A DNA stretch of 64,000 nt. Origin: Candidatus Eiseniibacteriota bacterium. Its GTDB lineage: Bacteria; Eisenbacteria; RBG-16-71-46. Below the pieces are notes generated by a model. The model had not been told where the DNA came from. It saw only the letters and a program-made list of their open reading frames with translations, and did no database searches. The stretch spans positions 1,024,001 through 1,088,000 of the forward strand of contig CAVQXP010000004.1 of the NCBI GenBank assembly GCA_963717935.1. Reading direction: 5' to 3'. Position 1 is the stretch's first letter; the number at the start of each line of letters is the position of its first letter. Below are positions 1-8,946 of this stretch, piece after piece. The position numbers were made by a program, and so were the translations under genes.

Positions 1-2012
1 GGTTCGTCATCCACGACCAGCACGGTCTCGTGGCCGTGGGCGGTCGCCGCGGCGGGCACCAGCAGCGGCGCCTCCTCGGCCGTGTCCACCGGGAAGACCG
101 CGCGGAAGGCGGCTTCGCCGGGCCCGGTCGCGGTGACGAGCCAGCCCCCGTGCGCCCGGACGATGTCCTCCACGATGGTGAGCGTGAGCCCGGCCCGGTC
201 GGGCGACGGCTCCACCGCGCGTCGGGCCGGGCTGCCCGGCGTGGTGCGCAGCTCCAGGGCGACGGCATGGCGCGGCTCGCCCGCGCCGCGCGTCTCCTCG
301 GGCGGGCGCGGCTGCTCGACCAGGCGTGTCACGAGCGTGAGCGTGCCGCCGGCGCCGATCCGCTCGCGCGCCTCCTGGACGAGATTGACGAGCACCTGCT
401 GCAGGAGCAGCGAATCGCCGAGCAGCAGCGGCAGGTCGGGCTCCAGGCGCAGCGCCAGGGACGTGGACGGGTCGAGCGCGCTGCGCAGCACCTGGTAGGC
501 GTCCTCGACCACGCGGTTCAGGTGCAGGGGCAGTCGCTCGAAGCGGGCGTTGCGGCTGAAGTCCAGCAGTGCCTGGGTGAGGCGCGAGGCCCGCTCCGCG
601 GCCCCCACGATCTGGACCGCCGGCTCGTGCCGCGGATCGGGCTCGGGGGTCTGCTCGAGCAACAGGGCGCCGAAGCCGAGGATGGTGCCGAGCAGGTTGT
701 TGAAATCGTGCGCGACCCCGCCGGCGAGCCGGCCCATGCTCTCCATCTTCTGCGCCTGCGTGAGGCGGCGCTGCATCACCCAGCTCGCGGTGATGTCCTC
801 CGCCGTGAGGACGCGGCCCACCACGGCGCCGTGCGCGTCCCGCAGCGGGCCGGCGTAGGTGCGCAGCACGCGCAGGGGCTCGCGCAGCTCGGCGACGTAC
901 TCCTCGGCCTGCTCGCTGGTGAGGCGGGGGACGGACTCGCCGGCCACGCCGCCCTGCAGGATCCGCCGCAGGTCGGGCGTGGTCCTCGCCAGCGGCGTGC
1001 CGGGCCGGATGGGCTCGTCGAGCCGGAGCATCTCGGCCAGGCGACGGTTGCACAGCGCGACCTCCGCCCGTCCGCGCCGCAGGCGCGCCACCAGCACGCC
1101 CGTGGGGCTCGCGTCGAGGATGTGCTTCAGGTGGGCGCGCGACTCGGCCAGTTCCTGCTGGAGCGCGTCGCTCGCTCTCAGGTCCTCGATGAACCCGTGC
1201 GCGCGGTCGGCCCAGGTCTGCTCGCCGCGCACCGGGACCACGTGGTTCACCAGGTGGGGCAGGTCACTCCGGTCGCGGTGCACGCCGGTGAAATGGATGT
1301 CGAAGGGCCTGCCGGTGGCGACGCCGGCGCGGAACTCGGCGCGCACGCGCTCCTGGTCGCCCGGATGCACCAGTTCGTCCCACGCTCCGTGCTGCTGCAG
1401 CAACCCCGCGGGCTGGTGCCCGAAGAGCTGCTCGACCGCCGGGCTCACCTCGAGCAGGCGCTCCTCGGGCAGCGCCAGGGTCCAGGCCACGCCCGGCAGC
1501 ACCTCGGCCGCCGCGCGATGCAGGTCCTCGACCGCGCGCAGGGCGGCGCGCGCGCGCAGCGTGGCGGTGGTGTCCTGCAGGTGCAGGAGCACGCGTCCAT
1601 GCGACAGGCGCAGCGCCTCGACGTGGCACTGGAGGGGCTGGCCCTCGATGTCCGTCACCGTGACCTCGTCGCGCACCACGTTGGTGGTGCCGTGCAGTCG
1701 CTGGGGCACGCTCGCGCCGCCAAGCACGCGGGCCAGCAGCGTCGACTCGAGCACCGAGCGGCCCTGCAGCCGCCCGTCGGGCACGTGCAGCAGGCGGTCC
1801 GCGGCGGCATTGGCCATCAGGACGGTGAAGTCGGGCCCGAAGAGGATCATCGGGTCCGCGGTGGCCTCGAAGAAGGGCGTGAGCCCGGGGTCCGCCGGGG
1901 GCGGTCCGCCCCCGCTCTCGCCGGGGGAGGGATGGCGCGCGGACGCGAGCCCGATGATCAGGGGATGCGAGGCGAGGAAGTGGAAGATGGTCTGCAGACC
2001 GATGAACCTCAT
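1..2012 (-). CDS. PAS-domain hybrid sensor histidine kinase/response regulator, degenerate HATPase (3' end runs off the window)
   Basis: Manual translation (not in the ORF track because no stop lies in the window): PAS-like segments (WDELVHPGDQERV), H-box QAQKMESMGRLAGGVAHDFNNLL, and a receiver start GHETVLVVDDEP at the window edge. ATG at 2012. Confidence 0.85.
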   Translation of the reverse strand, partial: MRFIGLQTIFHFLASHPLIIGLASARHPSPGESGGGPPPADPGLTPFFEATADPMILFGPDFTVLMANAAADRLLHVPDGRLQGRSVLESTLLARVLGGASVPQRLHGTTNVVRDEVTVTDIEGQPLQCHVEALRLSHGRVLLHLQDTTATLRARAALRAVEDLHRAAAEVLPGVAWTLALPEERLLEVSPAVEQLFGHQPAGLLQQHGAWDELVHPGDQERVRAEFRAGVATGRPFDIHFTGVHRDRSDLPHLVNHVVPVRGEQTWADRAHGFIEDLRASDALQQELAESRAHLKHILDASPTGVLVARLRRGRAEVALCNRRLAEMLRLDEPIRPGTPLARTTPDLRRILQGGVAGESVPRLTSEQAEEYVAELREPLRVLRTYAGPLRDAHGAVVGRVLTAEDITASWVMQRRLTQAQKMESMGRLAGGVAHDFNNLLGTILGFGALLLEQTPEPDPRHEPAVQIVGAAERASRLTQALLDFSRNARFERLPLHLNRVVEDAYQVLRSALDPSTSLALRLEPDLPLLLGDSLLLQQVLVNLVQEARERIGAGGTLTLVTRLVEQPRPPEETRGAGEPRHAVALELRTTPGSPARRAVEPSPDRAGLTLTIVEDIVRAHGGWLVTATGPGEAAFRAVFPVDTAEEAPLLVPAAATAHGHETVLVVDDE

Positions 2013-2290
2013 GACGAGCCTCGAGGGTGCCGCAACCGTCGAGTGCGAGTCGGAACGAGGCTGATGCTTCCACCTGCGGAGAGCAGGGTCAAGGTGGGCC
2101 ACGAGCCCGCGCGGAACGCGCTCGGAACGGGCCGGTCCCGGGGCGGCGACGGACCCGCACGCGCCTGCCTGAGGGTTCCCACGCGCACCTCCTCCGTAGG
2201 ACTGCGGACGCTGCTCTCCTCATCGGTACGGACTCCACTCTTCCGATGTGACTCTTCTCGCTTTGGACCGCGCCAAATGCACTTCTTTCC

Positions 2291-2319
2291 TTGACGCGCA
2301 TCCGACCGCTGCCTAGTGT
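2291..2319 (+). promoter_or_regulatory. sigma70-type promoter
   Basis: TTGACG-17 nt-TAGTGT upstream of the PP-loop fragment and TonB receptor. Confidence 0.6.
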
Positions 2320-2350
2320 GCGCCATCCGCGAACGGAGCGACCCTTCCGG

Positions 2351-2461
2351 ATGATTCCCCGCGACGCACCCCGGTCGAAACGCATCCGCGCGCTGGGCCT
2401 GCCTTCCGGAGGCCTCGACAGCGCGCTGGCTGCCGCGCTGCTGCTCGAGCAGGGGCATCCG
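2351..2461 (+). pseudogene. N-terminal remnant of a PP-loop ATPase (ThiI/MnmA-like tRNA thiolase)
   Basis: MIPRDAPRSKRIRALGLPSGGLDSALAAALLLEQGH carries the SGGLDS PP-loop in its usual N-terminal context, then loses similarity. It is in frame with the TonB receptor. Confidence 0.6.
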
Positions 2462-2560
2462 GGTCCGGGGGGTGGGCGGTTCCGCCGCAACTCCCGTGGC
2501 GCCGGCCGCGCTCTGACGCGCGGCGGTCGCGGGTCGTGTCGCACCAGGAGGCTGCGTCCC

Positions 2561-4768
2561 ATGCGTCGCTACGATTTCATCGGAACCCCGCGGTCCCGCC
2601 GTGCGGCCCCGGCCGCGTGGCTGGCGGCGGGCCTGGCACTCGCGGCCGTGGCCCCGGTGCTGGCCGCCGAGGCGAAGCCGCGCTCGGCGTTCGCCGACAC
2701 GACGAAACCGGTGCTGTTCCTCCAGGAGACCGTGGTCACGGGCGCGCGCTACCCGCGCGTCTACTTCGAGTCGCCGCAGTCGCTCTCGTTCGTCAGCCGG
2801 CAGATGCTGCGCGAGCAGACGCCCCTCGTGCTCGGTGACGTGCTGGCCGCGCTCCCGGGCGTGGACAGCAACAAGGACAGCCCCTGGGAGCAGCGTCCGT
2901 CGGTCCGCGGGCTCACCGGCCAGCGCGTGCTCGTGCTGGTGGACGGCAGCCCGATGAACAGCGTGCGCGGCAACGGCCCGCATCCGTCGCTCCTCGACCC
3001 CACGCAGGTGGAGCGCATCGAGGTCGTGCGGGGCCCGTCATCGGTGGCGTACGGCTCCGACGCCCTCGGCGGCGTGATCAACATCATCACCCGTGAGCCC
3101 CGCTTCCTCGGGGCCAGTGAGGTCCTGCACGGCTCCGCCAGCCTCGGGGGCAGCGTCAGCGGTCTGCCCGAGCGGAACGGCTCGCTGGAGTTCTCGACCC
3201 GCGTGCGGAAGCTCTCCGGGTTCTTCTCGGGCAGCGGGCGCAAGTCCGACGATTTCCGGAACGCGGACGGCACGGTCCCGCACTCGAGCTTCAGCGACTG
3301 GAACGCATTCGCCAACCTGCGCTACGACCTGACCGAGCGCCTCGCGCTGAAGGGCGGCTACCAGCTCTACCGCGCCAGCAAGGTCGGCATCCCGGGACTG
3401 GACGTCGCCGTGCCGGGATACTCACAGACCTTCCAGTTCAAGCACTACGACCGTGACTTCGCCCACCTGACGCTCGATCATCAGTACACCGAGTCCTCCT
3501 GGCTGGCGAGCACGCGCATCAAGACCTACTGGCAGCGGGAGCACCGCAACTTCTACTCGGACATCGGCGTCACGATCCCGATGGGGCCGGGGGTGAACGG
3601 ACAGCTGACCCTCCTGAAGGACCGCATCCTGGACCTCGACACGTACGGCCTGCAGGTACAGATGACGTCCTGGAAGACCGCGCTCTTCCGGTTCAGCACC
3701 GGCGTCGATGCCTCGCGGGACATGACGGGCGGGACCAACCTCGAGCTGCAGAGGCTGGAGACTCCCTTCGGGGACTCCGAATCGCTGATCACGTCCGCTT
3801 CGGTGCCGACCGGGCGCTTCGACAACTATGCCGGTTTCCTGCAGGGCGAGTTCTTCCTCGCGCCGCGATGGACCGTCAACGCCGGCGGGCGATACACGCA
3901 CTATCGCTACCGCACCGACTACACGCTCATGCAGCCGGACTTCTACTTCCAGCCACGCAGCCGCGATGACGATGCGCTCTCGGGCTCGCTGGGCCTGGTC
4001 TACAACCCGATCGCGGACCTGCACCTCACGGCGAACGTGGCGAACGGCTACCGCGAGCCCAACGCGCAGGATCTCTTCTTCAGCGGACCGGGCTCGGTGG
4101 GCTTCGTGCTGGGAAACCCGGACCTCAAGCCCGAGCGCAGCGTGTCCTACGACGTCGGGCTGCGCTGGGGGCCGGGCACGCTGGCCATCTCGGGCAACCT
4201 GTTCTACTCGACGTTCAAGGACCTCATCAATGCGTTGCCCTGCCATCCGGCGCCGGCCGAGGCGATGGGCGACAGCGCCTACCGCTACGTGAACATCGCG
4301 ACGGCCACGATGTGGGGCGGTGAGGCCGAGGCGGAGTGGCGCTTCCACCCGCGGTGGACGGCGCGCGCCGGGATGGCGGGCACGGTGGGGGACATCACGA
4401 ACCGGGCGGCGATCCTCGAGGTCTACGGCATCAGCGCCGACCGGGTCCCGCTGGAGCTGGTGCCGCCGTTCCGGGGCTCGGCCTCGCTGCGCTGGACCGG
4501 GCCCGCCCGCCGCCTCTGGGCCGAGGCGGGTGCGCGCTACTCGTGGCGGACGAACCGGCTGCCGCCGGTCACGCCCGGGGCGGAGCAGCTCACCGCCTTC
4601 AAGAAGGAATGGATCGTCGGCGACCTGTCCGCCGGGACCCGGCTGGAGACCGGCCAGAGCCTCGTGCTGGGCGTGCGGAACTTCACCGACCGCCGCTACC
4701 GGCAGCCGCTGGGCTCGGTGGTTGAGCCGGGCGCGACGTACTACGTCTCGCTGAGCAGCGACTTCTAG
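2561..4768 (+). CDS. TonB-dependent outer membrane receptor
   Basis: AGGAG RBS before ATG 2561, signal peptide, TonB box ETVVTG, plug motif VERIEVVRGPSSVAYGSDALGGVINIIT, GNPDLKPE, and C-terminal Phe. Confidence 0.95.
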   Translation: MRRYDFIGTPRSRRAAPAAWLAAGLALAAVAPVLAAEAKPRSAFADTTKPVLFLQETVVTGARYPRVYFESPQSLSFVSRQMLREQTPLVLGDVLAALPGVDSNKDSPWEQRPSVRGLTGQRVLVLVDGSPMNSVRGNGPHPSLLDPTQVERIEVVRGPSSVAYGSDALGGVINIITREPRFLGASEVLHGSASLGGSVSGLPERNGSLEFSTRVRKLSGFFSGSGRKSDDFRNADGTVPHSSFSDWNAFANLRYDLTERLALKGGYQLYRASKVGIPGLDVAVPGYSQTFQFKHYDRDFAHLTLDHQYTESSWLASTRIKTYWQREHRNFYSDIGVTIPMGPGVNGQLTLLKDRILDLDTYGLQVQMTSWKTALFRFSTGVDASRDMTGGTNLELQRLETPFGDSESLITSASVPTGRFDNYAGFLQGEFFLAPRWTVNAGGRYTHYRYRTDYTLMQPDFYFQPRSRDDDALSGSLGLVYNPIADLHLTANVANGYREPNAQDLFFSGPGSVGFVLGNPDLKPERSVSYDVGLRWGPGTLAISGNLFYSTFKDLINALPCHPAPAEAMGDSAYRYVNIATATMWGGEAEAEWRFHPRWTARAGMAGTVGDITNRAAILEVYGISADRVPLELVPPFRGSASLRWTGPARRLWAEAGARYSWRTNRLPPVTPGAEQLTAFKKEWIVGDLSAGTRLETGQSLVLGVRNFTDRRYRQPLGSVVEPGATYYVSLSSDF

Positions 4769-4780
4769 GTCGTCGCAGGA

Positions 4781-4814
4781 CGAGCGGGGCGCCTCACCCG
4801 GGGCGTCCCGCTCG
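4781..4814. terminator. GC-rich hairpin between convergent genes
   Basis: CGAGCGGGGCGCC ... GGCGTCCCGCTCG inverted repeat just after the TonB receptor stop; no clear U-tract. Confidence 0.45.
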
Positions 4815-4862
4815 CGATCGATCGATGTGCCGGCCGCGTCCGACCGCCGGCGCGACGTTCTC

Positions 4863-5915
4863 CTACCGCCTGAGCCCCGCACCGCTCATGGCCCGCTGCA
4901 CGTGGGCGGCCGTCAGGCCCGGCTGGGTCGGGCCCTGGATGTACTCGATCGCGGACCGCAACAGTCCCACGATGTACTTCGGGTTGTGGACGCCGTGGCT
5001 GCGGTCCTCCTTGGCCAGCAGCAGGTTCCACACCGCGCCCGCCGAGTCGGCCGAGGTCTTCACCGACTGCGGCGCGCCGTCCGCCATGAGGTTCGCGGCC
5101 ACGAGGCGCGCCTCGAGATCCGTGATCAGGACGTCCACGCTGTCCTGGGAGAAGTCGTCTCCGACCTGGCTGAAGTCGGAGATCTCGCCGTGGCACTTCG
5201 CGCAGGCCGCGGTGTTGAGGATCTCGGCCTCCCCCTCGCCCCACGCCATGTTGAACGAATGCCCACCGACGACGTTCTGGCTCGTCGTCCTCATGTGACA
5301 GTCGAGGCACCCGTCGACCGTCGCCGAACGGTGGTTCGACCGCTCGTAGGTGTAGCCGGCGTACTCGTAGCCGTTCGAACCGATCAGCATGTCGCCCTGC
5401 GGACCGTGGTGCGGGCCGAAGCGGCTGGTCAGCGTCGTCTGTGCGGTGACGTACGTGCTGACGTTGCGCCGCGACTGGTGACAGGCCACGCAGAGATTGG
5501 CGGCCTTCAGGTCGTACGTCGCGCCATTCTGGAGCGTCGCCACGGCCGTCCAGCGAAGCGCGAAGTCACCGTTGGTGTGCGGCGCGTGGCAGGTGAAGCA
5601 GTGGATCGACGTCGGATTCTCGATCTCGCTGGGAGCCGTCGTCCCGGTCGCCCTTGCCACGAAGCCTTCGCTCGTGTGGCAGCCCTTGCACTCGCCGTCG
5701 TTCTCGTTGAGGGTCTCGCCCGTCGCGTGCTTCGAGTGCTCCCACTGCTGGGTCGCGGCCACCAGGAAGGTGTTGGCGTCACCGTGACACTCGAAACAGC
5801 TCTGCGGCCCCGCCACCACCTGTTCGACGCGCGTGATATTGCGCGAGCAGGCCGCGAGCGCGAGGCCCACTGCGGCGCTGACCACGAGCGCCAGGATCCT
5901 CTTGAACACCACCAT
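4863..5915 (-). CDS. Hexaheme cytochrome c lipoprotein
   Basis: Lipobox LALAA-C; six CxxCH motifs (CFECH, CKGCH, CFTCH, CVACH, CLDCH, CAKCH); C-terminal EDRSHGVHNPKY; GAGGAGG RBS. Confidence 0.9.
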   Translation of the reverse strand: MVVFKRILALVVSAAVGLALAACSRNITRVEQVVAGPQSCFECHGDANTFLVAATQQWEHSKHATGETLNENDGECKGCHTSEGFVARATGTTAPSEIENPTSIHCFTCHAPHTNGDFALRWTAVATLQNGATYDLKAANLCVACHQSRRNVSTYVTAQTTLTSRFGPHHGPQGDMLIGSNGYEYAGYTYERSNHRSATVDGCLDCHMRTTSQNVVGGHSFNMAWGEGEAEILNTAACAKCHGEISDFSQVGDDFSQDSVDVLITDLEARLVAANLMADGAPQSVKTSADSAGAVWNLLLAKEDRSHGVHNPKYIVGLLRSAIEYIQGPTQPGLTAAHVQRAMSGAGLRR

Positions 5916-5957
5916 CAGCGTATCCTCCTCGGTAGGGCATTCGACGTACTTCGCAGG

Positions 5958-7517
5958 CTACTTCAGGTGCAGGTCGTATCCGACGTCGATCCGCAGCACG
6001 TTCGCGGTGTAGTAGCGATCCAGCAGGATGTAGTCGTCGTAGTTGTAGGCGTTGTACCGGATCTCGATGTGGTAGTCGTTCGACAGGGTATAGGTGCCCT
6101 CCAGGAACACGATCGACTTCTCGATGTCCAGGTCCCCGCGGACATCCACGTAGGTCGCGCCGCCCGCGAGATGCAGATTCGTGATCCGGTCGAACTCGAT
6201 CCGGCCCGTCACGAACTGGCTCTCGGTGTGGAAGCCGCCCGCGCGGTCCACGTAGTCGTCGGTCGAGAAGCTGTAATCCCCCGAAACGGCTCCCCAGCCC
6301 TCGCGGTCGTACCGGCCGAAGGCGGTCGCGACCTCTCCGTCGACCGAGACGGCGATGTCGGGAAACTCGCGCTCGCGCCTCGAGTAGCCGCCACCCAGGA
6401 CGACGCCGTCGCGGGGCCGCACCTGGAGCCTCGCGCGGATCTGGGAGGCCTCGACGTCCTTGAGGAGGGTCAACTCCTCCTGGTCCTGCTTGACGCGGCT
6501 CGCGTAGTCGACCCTGGCGTTCACGGATCTCCCGTAGCGAAACGCCGTCCCGACGCGCCAGTCTTCGTAGCGGGTGAGTGTCCGGTCGTCGTCGTTGGTC
6601 TCGTAGCCGTAGCTGCCGCTGACCTGGCCGTACCTGTAGAACCAGGTCGCGTCGAGGTCGTTCTGGAACCGGTCGGTCTTGAGCCGCGTCGACCTGTCGT
6701 CGACGCGGTTCGCGTCGAAGCGGTAGCGGAGCTGGAAGGCGTCGACCGGCTGGAGGGTCCCGGCGTACTGGAAGTTCGCCAGCGTGTATTCGAGGTCCGT
6801 GCCGGACAGCCTGCGACTGCCGTAGGCCGCGCGCAGCAGGTGGGTCCACTTGTCGTAGAACGCGCAGGGCGTGTAGAGCCTGGCCGACACGACCTGCCCC
6901 GTGCGGTTCGCCGCCGGATCGAGCTCGTCGGTGTAGCCGGAGGCGCGATAGCTGATCGCCCCGCCCCTCCGATCCTTGTGGACGTCCGCCGTCACCTCGC
7001 CGCTCTTGAGGGCGTTGTCGTAGCGCGTCCCGAGCACGCTCCCCGTGCCGGAGGGGAACGGCAGGCGGTTCCCGTCGCGCGTCAGGGAGTTGAAGGCCCC
7101 GGAGAGTCCCAGCCAGCGGACCGGAGTGAAGCGGGCTCCCGCCTTCCAGTCCACGCGCCGGGCGTTGACGCCGCCTTCGGGGGAGAAGATCTGCCGGTGC
7201 TGGTCGAGGCCCGCCGTGAGCTTGAACGTGCCCGGCACGCGGTAGACGAGATCGCCCTGGCGCGCGTCCTGGTTGATGTCCCGCAGGTCGAGCGCGAAGT
7301 AGTGGCGGGGATCGAAGGTGCCGTTCAGGCGGATCTGGGCGAGGGAGAACCCGTCGTGGACGTCGTAGGTCTCCTGGACGGCGGTGCGGTCTCCTGCCTC
7401 GTTCATGATGATGCCGCCCAGCTTCACCGTGCCGTCGAGCGTCCCCGCCGAGGGTGCGGACGCGGCGAGCGTGACGACGAGCGTGACGCAGGCGGCCGTG
7501 ATCGTCGTCGTTCGCAT
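5958..7517 (-). CDS. Outer-membrane beta-barrel porin, MtrB/PioB-like
   Basis: Signal peptide; alternating amphipathic beta-strands rich in Y/D/G/R; located between two multiheme cytochrome genes. Confidence 0.8.
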   Translation of the reverse strand: MRTTTITAACVTLVVTLAASAPSAGTLDGTVKLGGIIMNEAGDRTAVQETYDVHDGFSLAQIRLNGTFDPRHYFALDLRDINQDARQGDLVYRVPGTFKLTAGLDQHRQIFSPEGGVNARRVDWKAGARFTPVRWLGLSGAFNSLTRDGNRLPFPSGTGSVLGTRYDNALKSGEVTADVHKDRRGGAISYRASGYTDELDPAANRTGQVVSARLYTPCAFYDKWTHLLRAAYGSRRLSGTDLEYTLANFQYAGTLQPVDAFQLRYRFDANRVDDRSTRLKTDRFQNDLDATWFYRYGQVSGSYGYETNDDDRTLTRYEDWRVGTAFRYGRSVNARVDYASRVKQDQEELTLLKDVEASQIRARLQVRPRDGVVLGGGYSRREREFPDIAVSVDGEVATAFGRYDREGWGAVSGDYSFSTDDYVDRAGGFHTESQFVTGRIEFDRITNLHLAGGATYVDVRGDLDIEKSIVFLEGTYTLSNDYHIEIRYNAYNYDDYILLDRYYTANVLRIDVGYDLHLK

Positions 7518-7529
7518 TCGGGCACCGTC

Positions 7530-8495
7530 CTAGAACTTGTGGCAGCCGACGTTGAAGCAGCCCTGGCCCCGAAGCGACTCGCTCAGGAACAGGCGGCTGG
7601 TGTACGAGCCGTGGATGTCCGTGTGGCAGCCGTTGCACGGCACGCCCGCCCATCTCGTCCCGTGCATCGGGTTCGAGTCGTGGCGGGGGACCGAATGGCA
7701 CTGCGTGCACAGCTGGAAACGGGGCGCTTCGTAGGGCTGCTTGAGCATCCTCGGCAGGTGCGAGCCGTGTGGTTCGTGACATGTCATGCACCCGCCCTCC
7801 TCCGTCGAGTAGTCGACGGTCGCCGGGTGCTCGAACGGGAACGGTCCCTCGAATTCGCCGTGGCACTTCATGCAGACGTTCGTGCCGTTCGACGCCAGCG
7901 GGCGTCGCGTGGCGTCGAGGGTCAGGTGGCACTCGCTGCACTTGACGATGCCGTCCTTCACCGGGTGGTGGTACGACCTGGCGAACTGGCCCTCGACGTC
8001 CCTGTGGCACCCGAGACACAGACCACTCTCGGCTTGCCGAAGGAGCGCCGGATGCTTCGACGCGTGGACGCGGTGGCACGCGCTGCAGTTGACGTCATTC
8101 GTCGCATGGACGTTCTTCTCGAGCATGTTCTGCTGGTGCGCGCTCTGGTGGCACGCCGAGCACAGGCGCGCCTCGGCGGCGGCGCTGGCCCCGGCCGGAC
8201 GGGTCATGGCGTACGCGCCCGGGTCCTCCTCCCAGTGACGGCGGTCACCGGCGTGGCAATCCGTGCAGGCGATGCGTGCACCGGGGCCATCGAGCCCGTC
8301 GCCGGGCAGCCGGTGCCCGGTCGTGGCGAGAGTCGTGTCCTGGCCGGTGTGACAGTCGAGGCACACCTTGCTCACGCGGGGGTTGTCCCGCGCGAGCGAC
8401 TCGCCCCCGGGTGCGAAGCACAGCGCGCCCAGCAGTGAGCACGCGAGCAGAGACGGGAACACGCAGCGGGAGGGGATCCTGTCGGAGACGGGCAA
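7530..8495 (-). CDS. DmsE/MtrA/PioA-family decaheme cytochrome c with an extra CX4CH motif
   Basis: Ten CxxCH motifs with MtrA-like context (GPFPFEHP, CMTCHEPHGS, CNGCHTDIHGS) plus terminal CFNVGCH. Probable TTG start at 8495 after GGAGGGAG; the ORF track starts it at 8633. Confidence 0.9.
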   Translation of the reverse strand: MPVSDRIPSRCVFPSLLACSLLGALCFAPGGESLARDNPRVSKVCLDCHTGQDTTLATTGHRLPGDGLDGPGARIACTDCHAGDRRHWEEDPGAYAMTRPAGASAAAEARLCSACHQSAHQQNMLEKNVHATNDVNCSACHRVHASKHPALLRQAESGLCLGCHRDVEGQFARSYHHPVKDGIVKCSECHLTLDATRRPLASNGTNVCMKCHGEFEGPFPFEHPATVDYSTEEGGCMTCHEPHGSHLPRMLKQPYEAPRFQLCTQCHSVPRHDSNPMHGTRWAGVPCNGCHTDIHGSYTSRLFLSESLRGQGCFNVGCHKF

Positions 8496-8946
8496 CGCGA
8501 CTCCCTCCGGAAGAGGGGTGAGGACGAAGGCCTCCCCGTCGCGGCGCCGGGAGCGGTGCGTCGCCGCCGCCGGGTGCGCGGCAGCGGATGACCCGGCAGG
8601 GCCGCGATCGTGCGTGAAGGATGGAAGAGGCATGAGTCTCGGAATGCCTTCCAGGGCACCAGGAACGCGGCCAGACGGAAGTCAGGATACTGAAAAGCCA
8701 CCGGGGTGTCTACGTAATAACACGTATACCTTGGGCGTAGTCCTCCCGCCGTTGCCGGCGGCGGATCATGGCCGTTGTCTGCCGACGGGAGCGCCCCATC
8801 CACGTGGGGCCGCAGGGCTCGCGGGAGTCGATTCAGTCTGGTCCATGACCGGCGCAAACGGGCCCGTCCTCACGGACCCGTCAACTTCGACGGGCATCTG
8901 GCCGATAACGCCAGAGCCGCAATCACGACTCCGGGAGGACGCAGCT

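Noticed and set aside
2262..2281. sigma54 promoter (TTGG...TGCA)
   Set aside because: GG-to-GC spacing does not fit -24/-12 on either strand.
2320..2560. Cobalamin riboswitch upstream of the TonB receptor
   Set aside because: No B12-box or GGGAA/GCCACTG core elements seen; the region is better explained by the PP-loop scar.
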